From positions 1 through 42,237 of the IMG/VR virus record IMGVR_UViG_3300032008_000010: 42,237 nt of DNA. One strand, written 5' to 3'. The stretch is from a virus (Duplodnaviria; Caudoviricetes). Numbering within the stretch: position 1 is the first letter of the stretch; the number at the start of each line of letters is the position of its first letter. The notes below the pieces were generated by a model. The model searched no databases. It was given only the letters and a program-made list of their open reading frames with translations, and had not been told where the DNA came from. Positions 34,761-41,830 of this stretch are shown in pieces. The translations under genes were made by a program, and so were the position numbers.

Positions 34761-34973
34761 TCAATCTGTTCGACTGGCCAGCGGGCGCATCCTGGCGACA
34801 GCGGCGTCCATCGCCGCCACATGCTCAGCCGAGCCCGCGCCAGCCCCGTCCGCCCACGCCCGGTAGACCGCGATCCGCAGCGGGCGCGGCACCTGATACC
34901 AGTGGCGGGAGCAGGCCAGCATGTCGTAGGGCACCTGGGCGTCGCAGCCTGGGCCGGGGCAGTTGTGCATCAC
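34761..34973 (-). CDS. Small zinc-finger protein
   Basis: H.CP..GC...VP...LAC..HW..VP..LR..VY motif. RBS GAAGGGAG. Confidence 0.75.
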   Translation of the reverse strand: MMHNCPGPGCDAQVPYDMLACSRHWYQVPRPLRIAVYRAWADGAGAGSAEHVAAMDAAVARMRPLASRTD

Positions 34974-35182
34974 TGGTGGCTCCCTTCCGGGCGGCGGCCT
35001 GCCGTAGCCATCGCCACGTCAGTCTCCCGCCGCATCTCCTCGTCGTGCTCCTGCGTCAGGCAGGCGGTCGTGATCGCGTTGATGATGAAGTCCCGCCGGT
35101 AGATGCCCTGCTGGGCGGCGGCGACGGCCATCCGCCGGCGTAGCCCCTCCGGGAATCGTTCAATTGTGAGCGGCCTGGGCAT
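34970..35182 (-). CDS. Ribbon-helix-helix DNA-binding protein
   Basis: MPRPLTIERFPEGLRRRMAVAAAQQGIYRRDFIINAI fits the RHH pattern. RBS GAGGAGG. Confidence 0.65.
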   Translation of the reverse strand: MPRPLTIERFPEGLRRRMAVAAAQQGIYRRDFIINAITTACLTQEHDEEMRRETDVAMATAGRRPEGSHQ

Positions 35183-35468
35183 GGCGCTCTGCCTCCTCTG
35201 CCGGGGTGATGATGACGGAGAACTGGGTGGCGGGGCGGTTCGGCCGGCCATCCCACGGCCGGGTGGGGCGGACGGTGGACTGCTGCCGCCAGCAGACCCA
35301 GGCGTCGGCGGCCGAGGCGAACCGGGCGGCCTCGCCGAGGCTGGCCGTCCAGACGATCCGCCCCTTGCCCTCGTTGGCGTCCGGGTCGTAGCTCTTGAGG
35401 TAGAGCCCCTCGGCTGCGGCCCTGCGCCCATCGGCGTAGGCGACGCACTGGATGATGGACTCACTCAT
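35160..35468 (-). CDS. Hypothetical protein
   Basis: RBS AGGAGG. YL.SYDP...G...WT.....A..F...W....RP..P.DG.PNRP pattern. Confidence 0.7.
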   Translation of the reverse strand: MSESIIQCVAYADGRRAAAEGLYLKSYDPDANEGKGRIVWTASLGEAARFASAADAWVCWRQQSTVRPTRPWDGRPNRPATQFSVIITPAEEAERHAQAAHN

Positions 35469-35913
35469 GGGGTGCCTCCTGGTCTGCTATGCCCTCCATC
35501 AGCGCGGTCGCGGCGGCGAGATGCCAGGCTGCCATCCGGGCTGGGCTGATCGCGTAGGCGGTCTCGCTGTAGGCGTCGAGGGTTGTGGTTAGCTGTTCGG
35601 CGGCCTCGCTCATGCCGTCCTCAAACGCGGTGTCGGCCTCGTCGTTCTCGGGGCCGCGCCGCAGCCAGTCGGCCGCGTCGGAGCGGAGCGCCTGTTCCAG
35701 GTGCCGCAGCCGGGCGATTTCCCGGTGCAGTTCGAGGTCGCCGTAGAGGGCGCGGGAGCGGATGGCGGTGACGCAGCGGTCAGCCAGCCCGGTGATCGTC
35801 GCCGATGGGGGCAGTCCGAGGCCGAGGGCGGCTGCTACCCGGCGGAGGCCGAGGAGTGCCTGGCCGCGCTGGGAGTCCAGGGCGTCCAGCGCCTCGCCTA
35901 GTTTGTCGCTCAT
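35461..35913 (-). CDS. Hypothetical helical protein
   Basis: TGATG-coupled to the upstream gene. RBS-like AGGAG. Confidence 0.6.
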   Translation of the reverse strand: MSDKLGEALDALDSQRGQALLGLRRVAAALGLGLPPSATITGLADRCVTAIRSRALYGDLELHREIARLRHLEQALRSDAADWLRRGPENDEADTAFEDGMSEAAEQLTTTLDAYSETAYAISPARMAAWHLAAATALMEGIADQEAPHE

Positions 35914-36311
35914 CACAGCCCCCACTCCTGCCGGTAGCCTGGGTGATCGCTGTAGATGGCGGTCAGATGTGCGAGGGTTTGCCGGGCCAGGACCGCGCGA
36001 GGCGAGACAAGGCCGTTGGGGTGCTGGTCCATCTCATTTATGAACCGGGCGCAGCGGCGGAGAATGGCCCGCTTGGCCTCTACCTCGCGGAGCACCCGCG
36101 CCGGGTTGGACATCTTCGCCACATACATCCCCGTAGCCACATTCCGGGTCGGGGACTGGCCGCCAAACGGCCCGATGACTGGGTCGTACATGAGACGCAT
36201 CCAGTCGTCTTCGTCTTTCACGTCAAAGGCCATCCAGGCGCGATTCTCCATCGCAGCGGCCTCGTCCTCGTCGAGCCGGGCGCGCAGGAACTCCACCAGC
36301 GCCTCATTCAC
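35913..36311 (-). CDS. DUF6221-family protein
   Basis: EFLRARLDEDE...PARVLREVEAKRAIL...YSDHPGYRQEW signature. Confidence 0.8.
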   Translation of the reverse strand: MNEALVEFLRARLDEDEAAAMENRAWMAFDVKDEDDWMRLMYDPVIGPFGGQSPTRNVATGMYVAKMSNPARVLREVEAKRAILRRCARFINEMDQHPNGLVSPRAVLARQTLAHLTAIYSDHPGYRQEWGL

Positions 36312-36711
36312 TGGGTTCTCCTGTCAGGTCGATGGCGCACGCCTCGGGTGGTGCGTCGAGGTGGATCAGGTCGCCGTCGTCGGTCAGCCGGTGCCAGCCG
36401 ACGCGGCCGAGGCTCGGCTGGTTGTAGTAGACGGGGATGCGGGCCGTGTCGGCGGCCAGGCCGTGGCGGACGATGTAGCCGAGTCGCTCCGCCTCCGCCC
36501 GCTCCCGGCTGTGCCATTGCCAGTGGCAGCCCCGGCTCCCGGAGCCGGCGAGGAGGATCAGGTTGGAGAGGCGGTTGTCGCGGCGGTTCTGGAGGATGCG
36601 GTGGTGGGCGGAGACCATCGTGGCGGAGACGAGGAGCCGCATGTCGGCAGCGGCGTAGAGCCGGGCATCGCAGCAAACGCAGTGGAGGTCGCGGGAGCGG
36701 GCGTCGATCAT
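36304..36711 (-). CDS. HNH endonuclease-like protein
   Basis: RD..CVCC...HHR...N..SNLILL.GSG..GCH...H...A...G..V...PV...W..L.DDG motif. One usual Cys appears replaced by Ala. Confidence 0.75.
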   Translation of the reverse strand: MIDARSRDLHCVCCDARLYAAADMRLLVSATMVSAHHRILQNRRDNRLSNLILLAGSGSRGCHWQWHSRERAEAERLGYIVRHGLAADTARIPVYYNQPSLGRVGWHRLTDDGDLIHLDAPPEACAIDLTGEPSE

Positions 36712-36923
36712 CAGCTGCCCCCGCTCCTGACCCAGATGCGGGGCCGCATCGGCCGGCAGCCGGGCAGGCGGACCACCTGCGGCTCCTGCGCGTGGAACTC
36801 GCGCAGGTCGCCGTACACGCTGCGGCGGACCGCCCGCAGCGCGGCAGCCGCGTCGGGGGCGAGGACGACGACCAGGCCGGGAGTGTAGTCGCGTAGCACG
36901 TCATCCCATATGTAGAGGTTCAT
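36711..36923 (-). CDS. Hypothetical protein
   Basis: Coupled overlaps at both ends. LYIW.DVL.DYT.G...V.A pattern. Confidence 0.6.
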   Translation of the reverse strand: MNLYIWDDVLRDYTPGLVVVLAPDAAAALRAVRRSVYGDLREFHAQEPQVVRLPGCRPMRPRIWVRSGGS

Positions 36924-36990
36924 ATCGTCGCCAGCCCGGCGGTGAAGTCGGCTACGACCGGGGCGTCCAGGCGGACCCGCGCCTGCCGGC

Positions 36991-37252
36991 TCACGGCTGC
37001 GTCTCCGTCACGCTGCCACGGCACGGCATCCTGGCCAGCTTGCGCGAGTAGATGCGCTCGCATTTGAAGCAAGCCGACACCGCCGGCTGCGACCATGCCC
37101 TCGGCGTCGAGCCAGAACTGGTCACGCTCGGGGTCGTGGATCAGCCAGGCGGCGGTGAAGGTCCACAGGTGCTCGCCCGGCCGGTCGGCGGCAGCAAGGC
37201 GGCGCTCCAGCACCTCGGGCTGGGGCACCTCGTACCGGATGTCGGCGGTCAT
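36991..37252 (-). pseudogene. Zn-finger gene apparently broken by a 1-nt insertion near 37071 (or a sequencing error)
   Basis: Removing one base turns ...GGVG-LLQMRAH into ...GGVG-CFKCERIYSRKLARMPCRGSVTETQP*, restoring a CxxC...C motif. Confidence 0.55.
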
Positions 37253-37707
37253 GGCTGCTCCGGGCCGTAGCCTGCGCCGCCGTCTAGCGGGTAGCCGGTG
37301 ACGCCCCGGCGCAGCCAGGAGACGCTCGCCAGCCGCTCTCCGGGGTCAACGCGGCGTTTACCCGCCACGGCGTCAGGATCGCCACCAGCCGGGGCAGGCT
37401 GCCTGATGCCCCAGTGCTCGGCTACCTCTGTCAGGGCGCTCCTGAGCGCTGCGACCTCCGCGCAGAGGGCGGCCAGCAGGCTGCTGTCATCGGGGGCCAT
37501 GATCTCGCTCAGGCCGCAGTCGAGGGCGGCGGCGAGGGCGGTCGCGATCCGCTCGGGCACGTCGGTGAGGATGCCCCGTTCGACCATGCTGACCCAGGTG
37601 TGGTCGGTGGCGCGGCAGCCGGGCATCCGCCGCATGGCGGCGGCGATGTCCCGCTGGGAGCGCCCGCCGCGCCTGGCGATGACCGCGTCGCGGTGGAGGA
37701 GTGTCAT
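37249..37707 (-). CDS. XRE-family HTH protein
   Basis: SQRDIAAAM......WVSMVERG......A..LA.AL.C.LSEI pattern. Confidence 0.75.
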   Translation of the reverse strand: MTLLHRDAVIARRGGRSQRDIAAAMRRMPGCRATDHTWVSMVERGILTDVPERIATALAAALDCGLSEIMAPDDSSLLAALCAEVAALRSALTEVAEHWGIRQPAPAGGDPDAVAGKRRVDPGERLASVSWLRRGVTGYPLDGGAGYGPEQP

Positions 37708-39068
37708 GACGCGCTCCGGGCCGGCCGCCGCCGGGGTGCAGGCTTCGGCTTGGCCTCGGCCTCTGCGAGCGCCTGGGCCATCGCTGAGGCCAGGTCCGCG
37801 ACGAACTTATGGGCGTCCTTGGCCTTGGGCAGTTGCTCCGCCAGCGTGGCTGTCACAGCCGCGAGCGCCTCATCGTCCAGGTCGGTGATCGACGTGACCT
37901 CGACCGGCGGCGTGGGGCCGCCCAGCGCCGCGTTGTAGATGGCGGAGATCGCCAGATGGCGGATGTTGCTGGCCTCCTCCTCATCGGTCTGATCCCAGCC
38001 GGCGTCCTTGAACAGAGCCCACAGGTGCCGCATCGTCTTGCCCCGGTCGATCTCCGCCGGCTCGGGCTCTACGGTGCCGGCGACGATGGCGTCCGGGTCG
38101 TGGGTCACGTCGCCCTCCCAGGCGACCGCCGGGCCGCCCTGCGGCATCGGCGGCGGCTGCCACGCCACCGGGACGCCGCCCTGCCGGGACTCGGCCGCGT
38201 CATCCGCGAGGATCAGTTCGATGAGCGCCGCGCTCTTGGGGATGTGATGCATGGCCCGCCTGAGCACCGACTTCATCCATGCCCGGTCGGGGTCGGTGTG
38301 CCAGAACGAGTCCCGCTTCGCCGGCTTGCCGTAGTGCGGCTCCTCCGCCCAGGCGAACGCCTTGGAGTAGCGGTCGCGGATGTCGATGGCCTCCTGCGCG
38401 GTCATGAACTCGACCGCCGTCGTGGACCCGTCGCGCCACAGCGCATAGCAGTAGGCGAGGATCGGCGGGTTGTCCTTCCCCGGCCCGTCCAGCGGGCGGA
38501 AGTCGGGGCCGATCCTCGCCCGGTCCACTGGGATCAGGTCGCCGCCGACCTCCTCAAACCGGCGCGGGCGCAGGATGAACCCACGCCCCTGCGGCCCGAT
38601 CTCCTCAGCCCACTCATCCTTGCGGTAGATCAGCCCGCACTCGATGCCGCGAATCTGGCCGGTGTTGAATGCCAGTTGGACGAACCCGTCCTTCATCGGC
38701 AGGAATGTCGCCTCCTTGCCATAGGGGACGATGGCGGCGAGCTTCCCATCCGGCAGCAGCCCATAGTGGGCGCACTGCGCAACAGCCTTGTAGAGCGACG
38801 GCCGGTCGCAGGCGACAAGCTGCGCGGCCTGCTTGCTGGTCGCGAGGAGCAGCGCCGTCATCCGCAGGAAGTGGTCGAGATTCTGGCCCGGGGCGAGCGC
38901 CTGCCCTAGCTGCGTCGCCCAGGACGAGAGCATCTCAAACGCCCCAGTGTCCAGGGTCCGGGGATCGCGTTCTGCTACTGCCGTGCCAGGCTCGGGCTCG
39001 CTGCCCTCCGCCTGCTCGCGCTGCTGCTGCGCCGCCCTGGCGCGGTCAGCTAGGGGTGCCTTGGCCAT
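37704..39068 (-). CDS. recT: RecT-family ssDNA annealing protein
   Basis: L..CD..SL..A..CA..GL.P...A.IVPY...ATF...G..LA...AY...W..D...M.KSVLRRA...PKS pattern, next to a YqaJ nuclease. Confidence 0.9.
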   Translation of the reverse strand: MAKAPLADRARAAQQQREQAEGSEPEPGTAVAERDPRTLDTGAFEMLSSWATQLGQALAPGQNLDHFLRMTALLLATSKQAAQLVACDRPSLYKAVAQCAHYGLLPDGKLAAIVPYGKEATFLPMKDGFVQLAFNTGQIRGIECGLIYRKDEWAEEIGPQGRGFILRPRRFEEVGGDLIPVDRARIGPDFRPLDGPGKDNPPILAYCYALWRDGSTTAVEFMTAQEAIDIRDRYSKAFAWAEEPHYGKPAKRDSFWHTDPDRAWMKSVLRRAMHHIPKSAALIELILADDAAESRQGGVPVAWQPPPMPQGGPAVAWEGDVTHDPDAIVAGTVEPEPAEIDRGKTMRHLWALFKDAGWDQTDEEEASNIRHLAISAIYNAALGGPTPPVEVTSITDLDDEALAAVTATLAEQLPKAKDAHKFVADLASAMAQALAEAEAKPKPAPRRRPARSAS

Positions 39069-40128
39069 TTGGTGCCTCCTTAATCAGGAACCGCCGGGAG
39101 CGGTACTGGGCGTAGATGCCGGGCTGTTCGCCGCTCAGCTTCGCCTCGTCGATCTTCGACGCGGGGATCAGGTAGTGGGCCGCTAGCTCGGGCAGGTCGC
39201 GGGCCAGGTCGGCGGCCCGCAGGTTGCCGTTCTGCCGCCAGGTGACCAGCGGCCGGTGCTGGTCATCGACGATGGCCTCCGCGTCGCCGAGGAGCGCCTG
39301 TAGCTCACGGACGCGTAGCGTCGCCTCCTCCCTGGCGGCGGCGGCGATGTCCCGCTTCGCCCTGGCGTCTGCGATCATCGCCCGCAGTTCCGGGGTCGCC
39401 GGGATCATCTTGTCGGGGGCGACCTGCCATAGCTGGGCGAGGATGCGGCCCGTCCGCTCGCTCGCATCGACGGGCGGCATCCGGCGGGGCTCCACGTAGT
39501 GGTGCCAGAAGTGGCCGGCCTCGGTCATCAGCGTGTCCTGCAACTGCCGGTTCGCCTCGATCCGGTAGTGGCGTAGCTGGTGGCCGCCGATGACGACGAG
39601 GAGATGGCCGTGGGAGTAGCCGGTGATGAGCAGCCCCCACTGCACCTGGACAGCCGGCGCGTCGGGGATGTCATCAGCCGACGCGCCCCACTGGCTGGCG
39701 GTGAACGCGGAGCGGTTCTTGCACTCGATCAGGCAGGGACCGTCGCCATCCGGGCAGCGGGTCACGCGCCGGTCGATGTTGACACGGCACCACGGCTGCC
39801 CGGTGAGGGCGAGCATCCCGCAGCGGAGGATACGGCCGGGCACCCTGGCGCGGCGAGCCCAGAGGCTCACCATCAGCGGCTCCATCAGATGCCCGAACTC
39901 GATCCACTCCTCCTGCTGGTCGGTCATCGGCTCATCCGGCAGTTGCCCGGTCTTGTCGAGCCAGACCTGCCAGCGGGTGTGGTAGGAGTCGAGGCCGAGG
40001 AGGCTCGCCACGTCGGAGCCGCCGACACCCTCCCGCCGCCGGGCGAGCCACTCATCCCGCATCGTCTTGTCCGCGCCAGCCGGGAGGATCAGCGCCGCCC
40101 CCGGCGGCGGCCACGCACCTCTGCTCAT
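39046..40128 (-). CDS. YqaJ/RecE-like viral exonuclease
   Basis: WLARRREGVGGSDVASLLG, G..MEP, NIDR, IECKN and QVQW.L.ITG motifs. Confidence 0.92.
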   Translation of the reverse strand: MSRGAWPPPGAALILPAGADKTMRDEWLARRREGVGGSDVASLLGLDSYHTRWQVWLDKTGQLPDEPMTDQQEEWIEFGHLMEPLMVSLWARRARVPGRILRCGMLALTGQPWCRVNIDRRVTRCPDGDGPCLIECKNRSAFTASQWGASADDIPDAPAVQVQWGLLITGYSHGHLLVVIGGHQLRHYRIEANRQLQDTLMTEAGHFWHHYVEPRRMPPVDASERTGRILAQLWQVAPDKMIPATPELRAMIADARAKRDIAAAAREEATLRVRELQALLGDAEAIVDDQHRPLVTWRQNGNLRAADLARDLPELAAHYLIPASKIDEAKLSGEQPGIYAQYRSRRFLIKEAPNGQGTPS

Positions 40129-40333
40129 GTTCTGATCTCCTCTCCACTGTGAACGCTAGCAGCCGGGGCTGACAGAACCGCCAGTGCTTAGGGTCCAGCG
40201 GGCCGCTGGCCAGATTGGCGGCCCGGCTCGGTATGGTGGAGCAACCGGACACGCCCGGCGGAACTCTCGGGGGTCGAGGCCCGCGCCTCCTCCCACGGTG
40301 CTCCTCTCCAAGCTGGGCCGTGGATGGCCGAGG

Positions 40334-40390
40334 GCGCGGCCCCGTTCCCTGACGCTAGCGGCTGCTGGCACGCTGGGAGCGGGGCCGCGT
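40334..40390 (-). terminator. Long GC hairpin
   Basis: ~16-bp near-perfect stem 40334-40349/40375-40390, directly after the TAA at 40391. Confidence 0.55.
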
Positions 40391-40459
40391 TTAGTCGTCC
40401 TGAGCCGGGCAGGTCGGCGCGTGCGCCGGCAGTTCCCAGCCGCACTCCCCGCATCGCAT
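40391..40459 (-). CDS. 22-aa zinc-knuckle microprotein (MRCGECGWELPAHAPTCPAQDD)
   Basis: CxxC-x6-H-x3-C spacing. In frame with the upstream gene's stop and followed by a hairpin. Confidence 0.4.
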   Translation of the reverse strand: MRCGECGWELPAHAPTCPAQDD

Positions 40460-40480
40460 GAGCCCATCCTGCGCGGAGGG

Positions 40481-40882
40481 TCAGACAGTCTCCCCGCCCC
40501 AGGAGAGGTCGGCCAGGACGGTCCCGCAGTTGCGGCAGGCCATCGCGTGCAGCGGCTCGCCGGTCGCCCGGTGCTCGTAGTGGTCGATATCCGGCAGCGG
40601 CTCGCCGCAGCAGCGGTCGATGTAGACCGCCGCTCCCTGTGCCAGGACGGTCATGCGGATCGGCTGCTGCGGCGCTTCCAGCCGGTAGCCCGAGCCGCTC
40701 AGCGCCAGGATCGCCCCGCCCAGCGTCGCCGTGCCCAGGTCGGCCAGGACGGCATCAGTGCCGTTGCTGAGGATGCTAGGGCGGACGCGGCCGAGGCGCA
40801 GCAGCGCGACCAGGTCGTCGCGGCGGTCGGCCGCCTCGTAGCCGGTGGCGCTGGTCTCGATGGTCAGCGTGATGTCGGTCAT
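40481..40882 (-). CDS. Hypothetical protein with C-terminal zinc ribbon
   Basis: RBS GGAGAGGAGCAC. CCG...ACRNCG motif. Confidence 0.65.
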   Translation of the reverse strand: MTDITLTIETSATGYEAADRRDDLVALLRLGRVRPSILSNGTDAVLADLGTATLGGAILALSGSGYRLEAPQQPIRMTVLAQGAAVYIDRCCGEPLPDIDHYEHRATGEPLHAMACRNCGTVLADLSWGGETV

Positions 40883-40908
40883 CTCAGGTGCTCCTCTCCA
40901 AGAGCGGG

Positions 40909-41085
40909 TTAGCGGAACAGCCGCCACGCCGCCCGGTAGCAGGCGTAGCGCATCAGGTAGTGGTGGGCGTGCCGCTGCCGGGGAGGCGGGGCGAACTCGC
41001 CGCGCTCAGCCTGGCGGCGGCCGTGGCGGGCGCTCAGCCAGACGAGCAGGATTCCGCCAGCGATCAGCAGCACCCCGGCGATCAT
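40909..41085 (-). CDS. 58-aa single-TM protein
   Basis: Hand-translated MIAGVLLIAGGILLVWLSARHGRRQ.... ATGA overlap with the upstream small ORF. Confidence 0.5.
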   Translation of the reverse strand: MIAGVLLIAGGILLVWLSARHGRRQAERGEFAPPPRQRHAHHYLMRYACYRAAWRLFR

Positions 41086-41162
41086 CGCGGGACCGCCGGG
41101 GCCAGGATCGTGCCTAGCTCGGGGTGCTCCTCGTAGCGGGCGAGGTAGAAGGTGACGCTCAT
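41082..41162 (-). CDS. 26-aa microprotein (MSVTFYLARYEEHPELGTILAPAVPR)
   Basis: Strong RBS GGAGAGGAG before the ATG. Confidence 0.45.
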   Translation of the reverse strand: MSVTFYLARYEEHPELGTILAPAVPR

Positions 41163-41193
41163 CTCGGGCTCCTCTCCGATCCCAGATGCCGGC

Positions 41194-41514
41194 TCAGGCC
41201 GGGATTCCGTCGCGCTCGGCCTGGCTCATCTCGCGCCAGGTCTTGCCCCAGCGCTGGCTCACGCTCTGCTTGCTCATGCCCAGTTCGCCGCCGATGGTCT
41301 CGTAGGTGTAGCCCCGCTTGATGAGGCTGAGGACTGAGCGGTCGATGGCGGCCTGTAGATCCCGCTGGCTCTGCATCATGTCGAGAACCACCCATGGGTC
41401 CTCGGCGGCGGCCTTGCGGGCGTAGGCGCGGAAAAGGCGGCCCATGAACTTGCCCCACTCCTCGACCGGCTTGTCGCGCTTGATCTTCCGGCTGGCGGTG
41501 GCGGTGGCGGTCAT
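41194..41514 (-). CDS. HTH DNA-binding protein; first gene of the leftward arm
   Basis: RGYTYETIGGELGMSKQSVSQRWG helix-turn-helix. RBS GAGGAG before ATG 41514. Confidence 0.8.
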   Translation of the reverse strand: MTATATASRKIKRDKPVEEWGKFMGRLFRAYARKAAAEDPWVVLDMMQSQRDLQAAIDRSVLSLIKRGYTYETIGGELGMSKQSVSQRWGKTWREMSQAERDGIPA

Positions 41515-41551
41515 CTCGGGCTCCTCTGGCTGGGCTCCATCTCCAAGAACC

Positions 41552-41580
41552 AAGCTACACGCGTCCAGGGTGAGAGGCAA
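41552..41580 (-). promoter_or_regulatory. Repeated promoter/operator, copy 8
   Basis: TTGCCT-17 bp (ctcaccctggacgcgtg)-TAGCTT. Confidence 0.85.
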
Positions 41581-41581
41581 G

Positions 41582-41600
41582 CGTAAACGCCAGGTTTACG
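41582..41600. promoter_or_regulatory. Inverted repeat CGTAAAC-N5-GTTTACG abutting the -35 box (candidate second operator)
   Basis: Perfect, relatively AT-rich 7-bp arms in the divergent intergenic region. Confidence 0.45.
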
Positions 41601-41767
41601 AGAATTTCCCGCTGCCCCGAGTTGATCCGCCTCTGCCTATCTGGCGGCAGGTAGGGCTATGGTTGAGCCCACACATGGATCAGGGGCCGAACCGTGGTTG
41701 AGGCGGCCCGGCCCCTGGACCGCTCAGATCAGCCGGCAAGCAGAACATGAACGGGAGGGTTAATCCG

Positions 41768-41830
41768 ATGGACACACTACCGCACCGCTCCCCCAAACAC
41801 CCGGATCGCAGCCGGCGATGGGCTATCTGA
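41768..41830 (+). CDS. 20-aa leader peptide coupled to the repA-like gene
   Basis: RBS GGGAGG, MDTLPHRSPKHPDRSRRWAI, TGATG overlap with the next start. Confidence 0.45.
   Translation: MDTLPHRSPKHPDRSRRWAI

Noticed and set aside
29264-40483. Genome-wide stop-codon reassignment suggested by in-frame micro-ORFs after stops
   Set aside because: The two cases involve different codons (TAG and TGA), both end many well-defined genes here, and no suppressor tRNA is visible.
26909-41580. The dispersed repeat as a CRISPR array or integron attC sites
   Set aside because: Spacing is irregular (0.6-6.8 kb) with whole genes between copies. No cas or integrase gene is present, and fixed -35/17/-10 geometry explains the repeat better.
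31088-41580. Shared peptide MPxTLDACSL at the start of ORFs 31088..31291 and 41194..41580, and KLHASRV/SYTRPG in + strand ORFs
   Set aside because: These are translations of the promoter repeat (TTG of the -35 box called as a start), not a protein motif.
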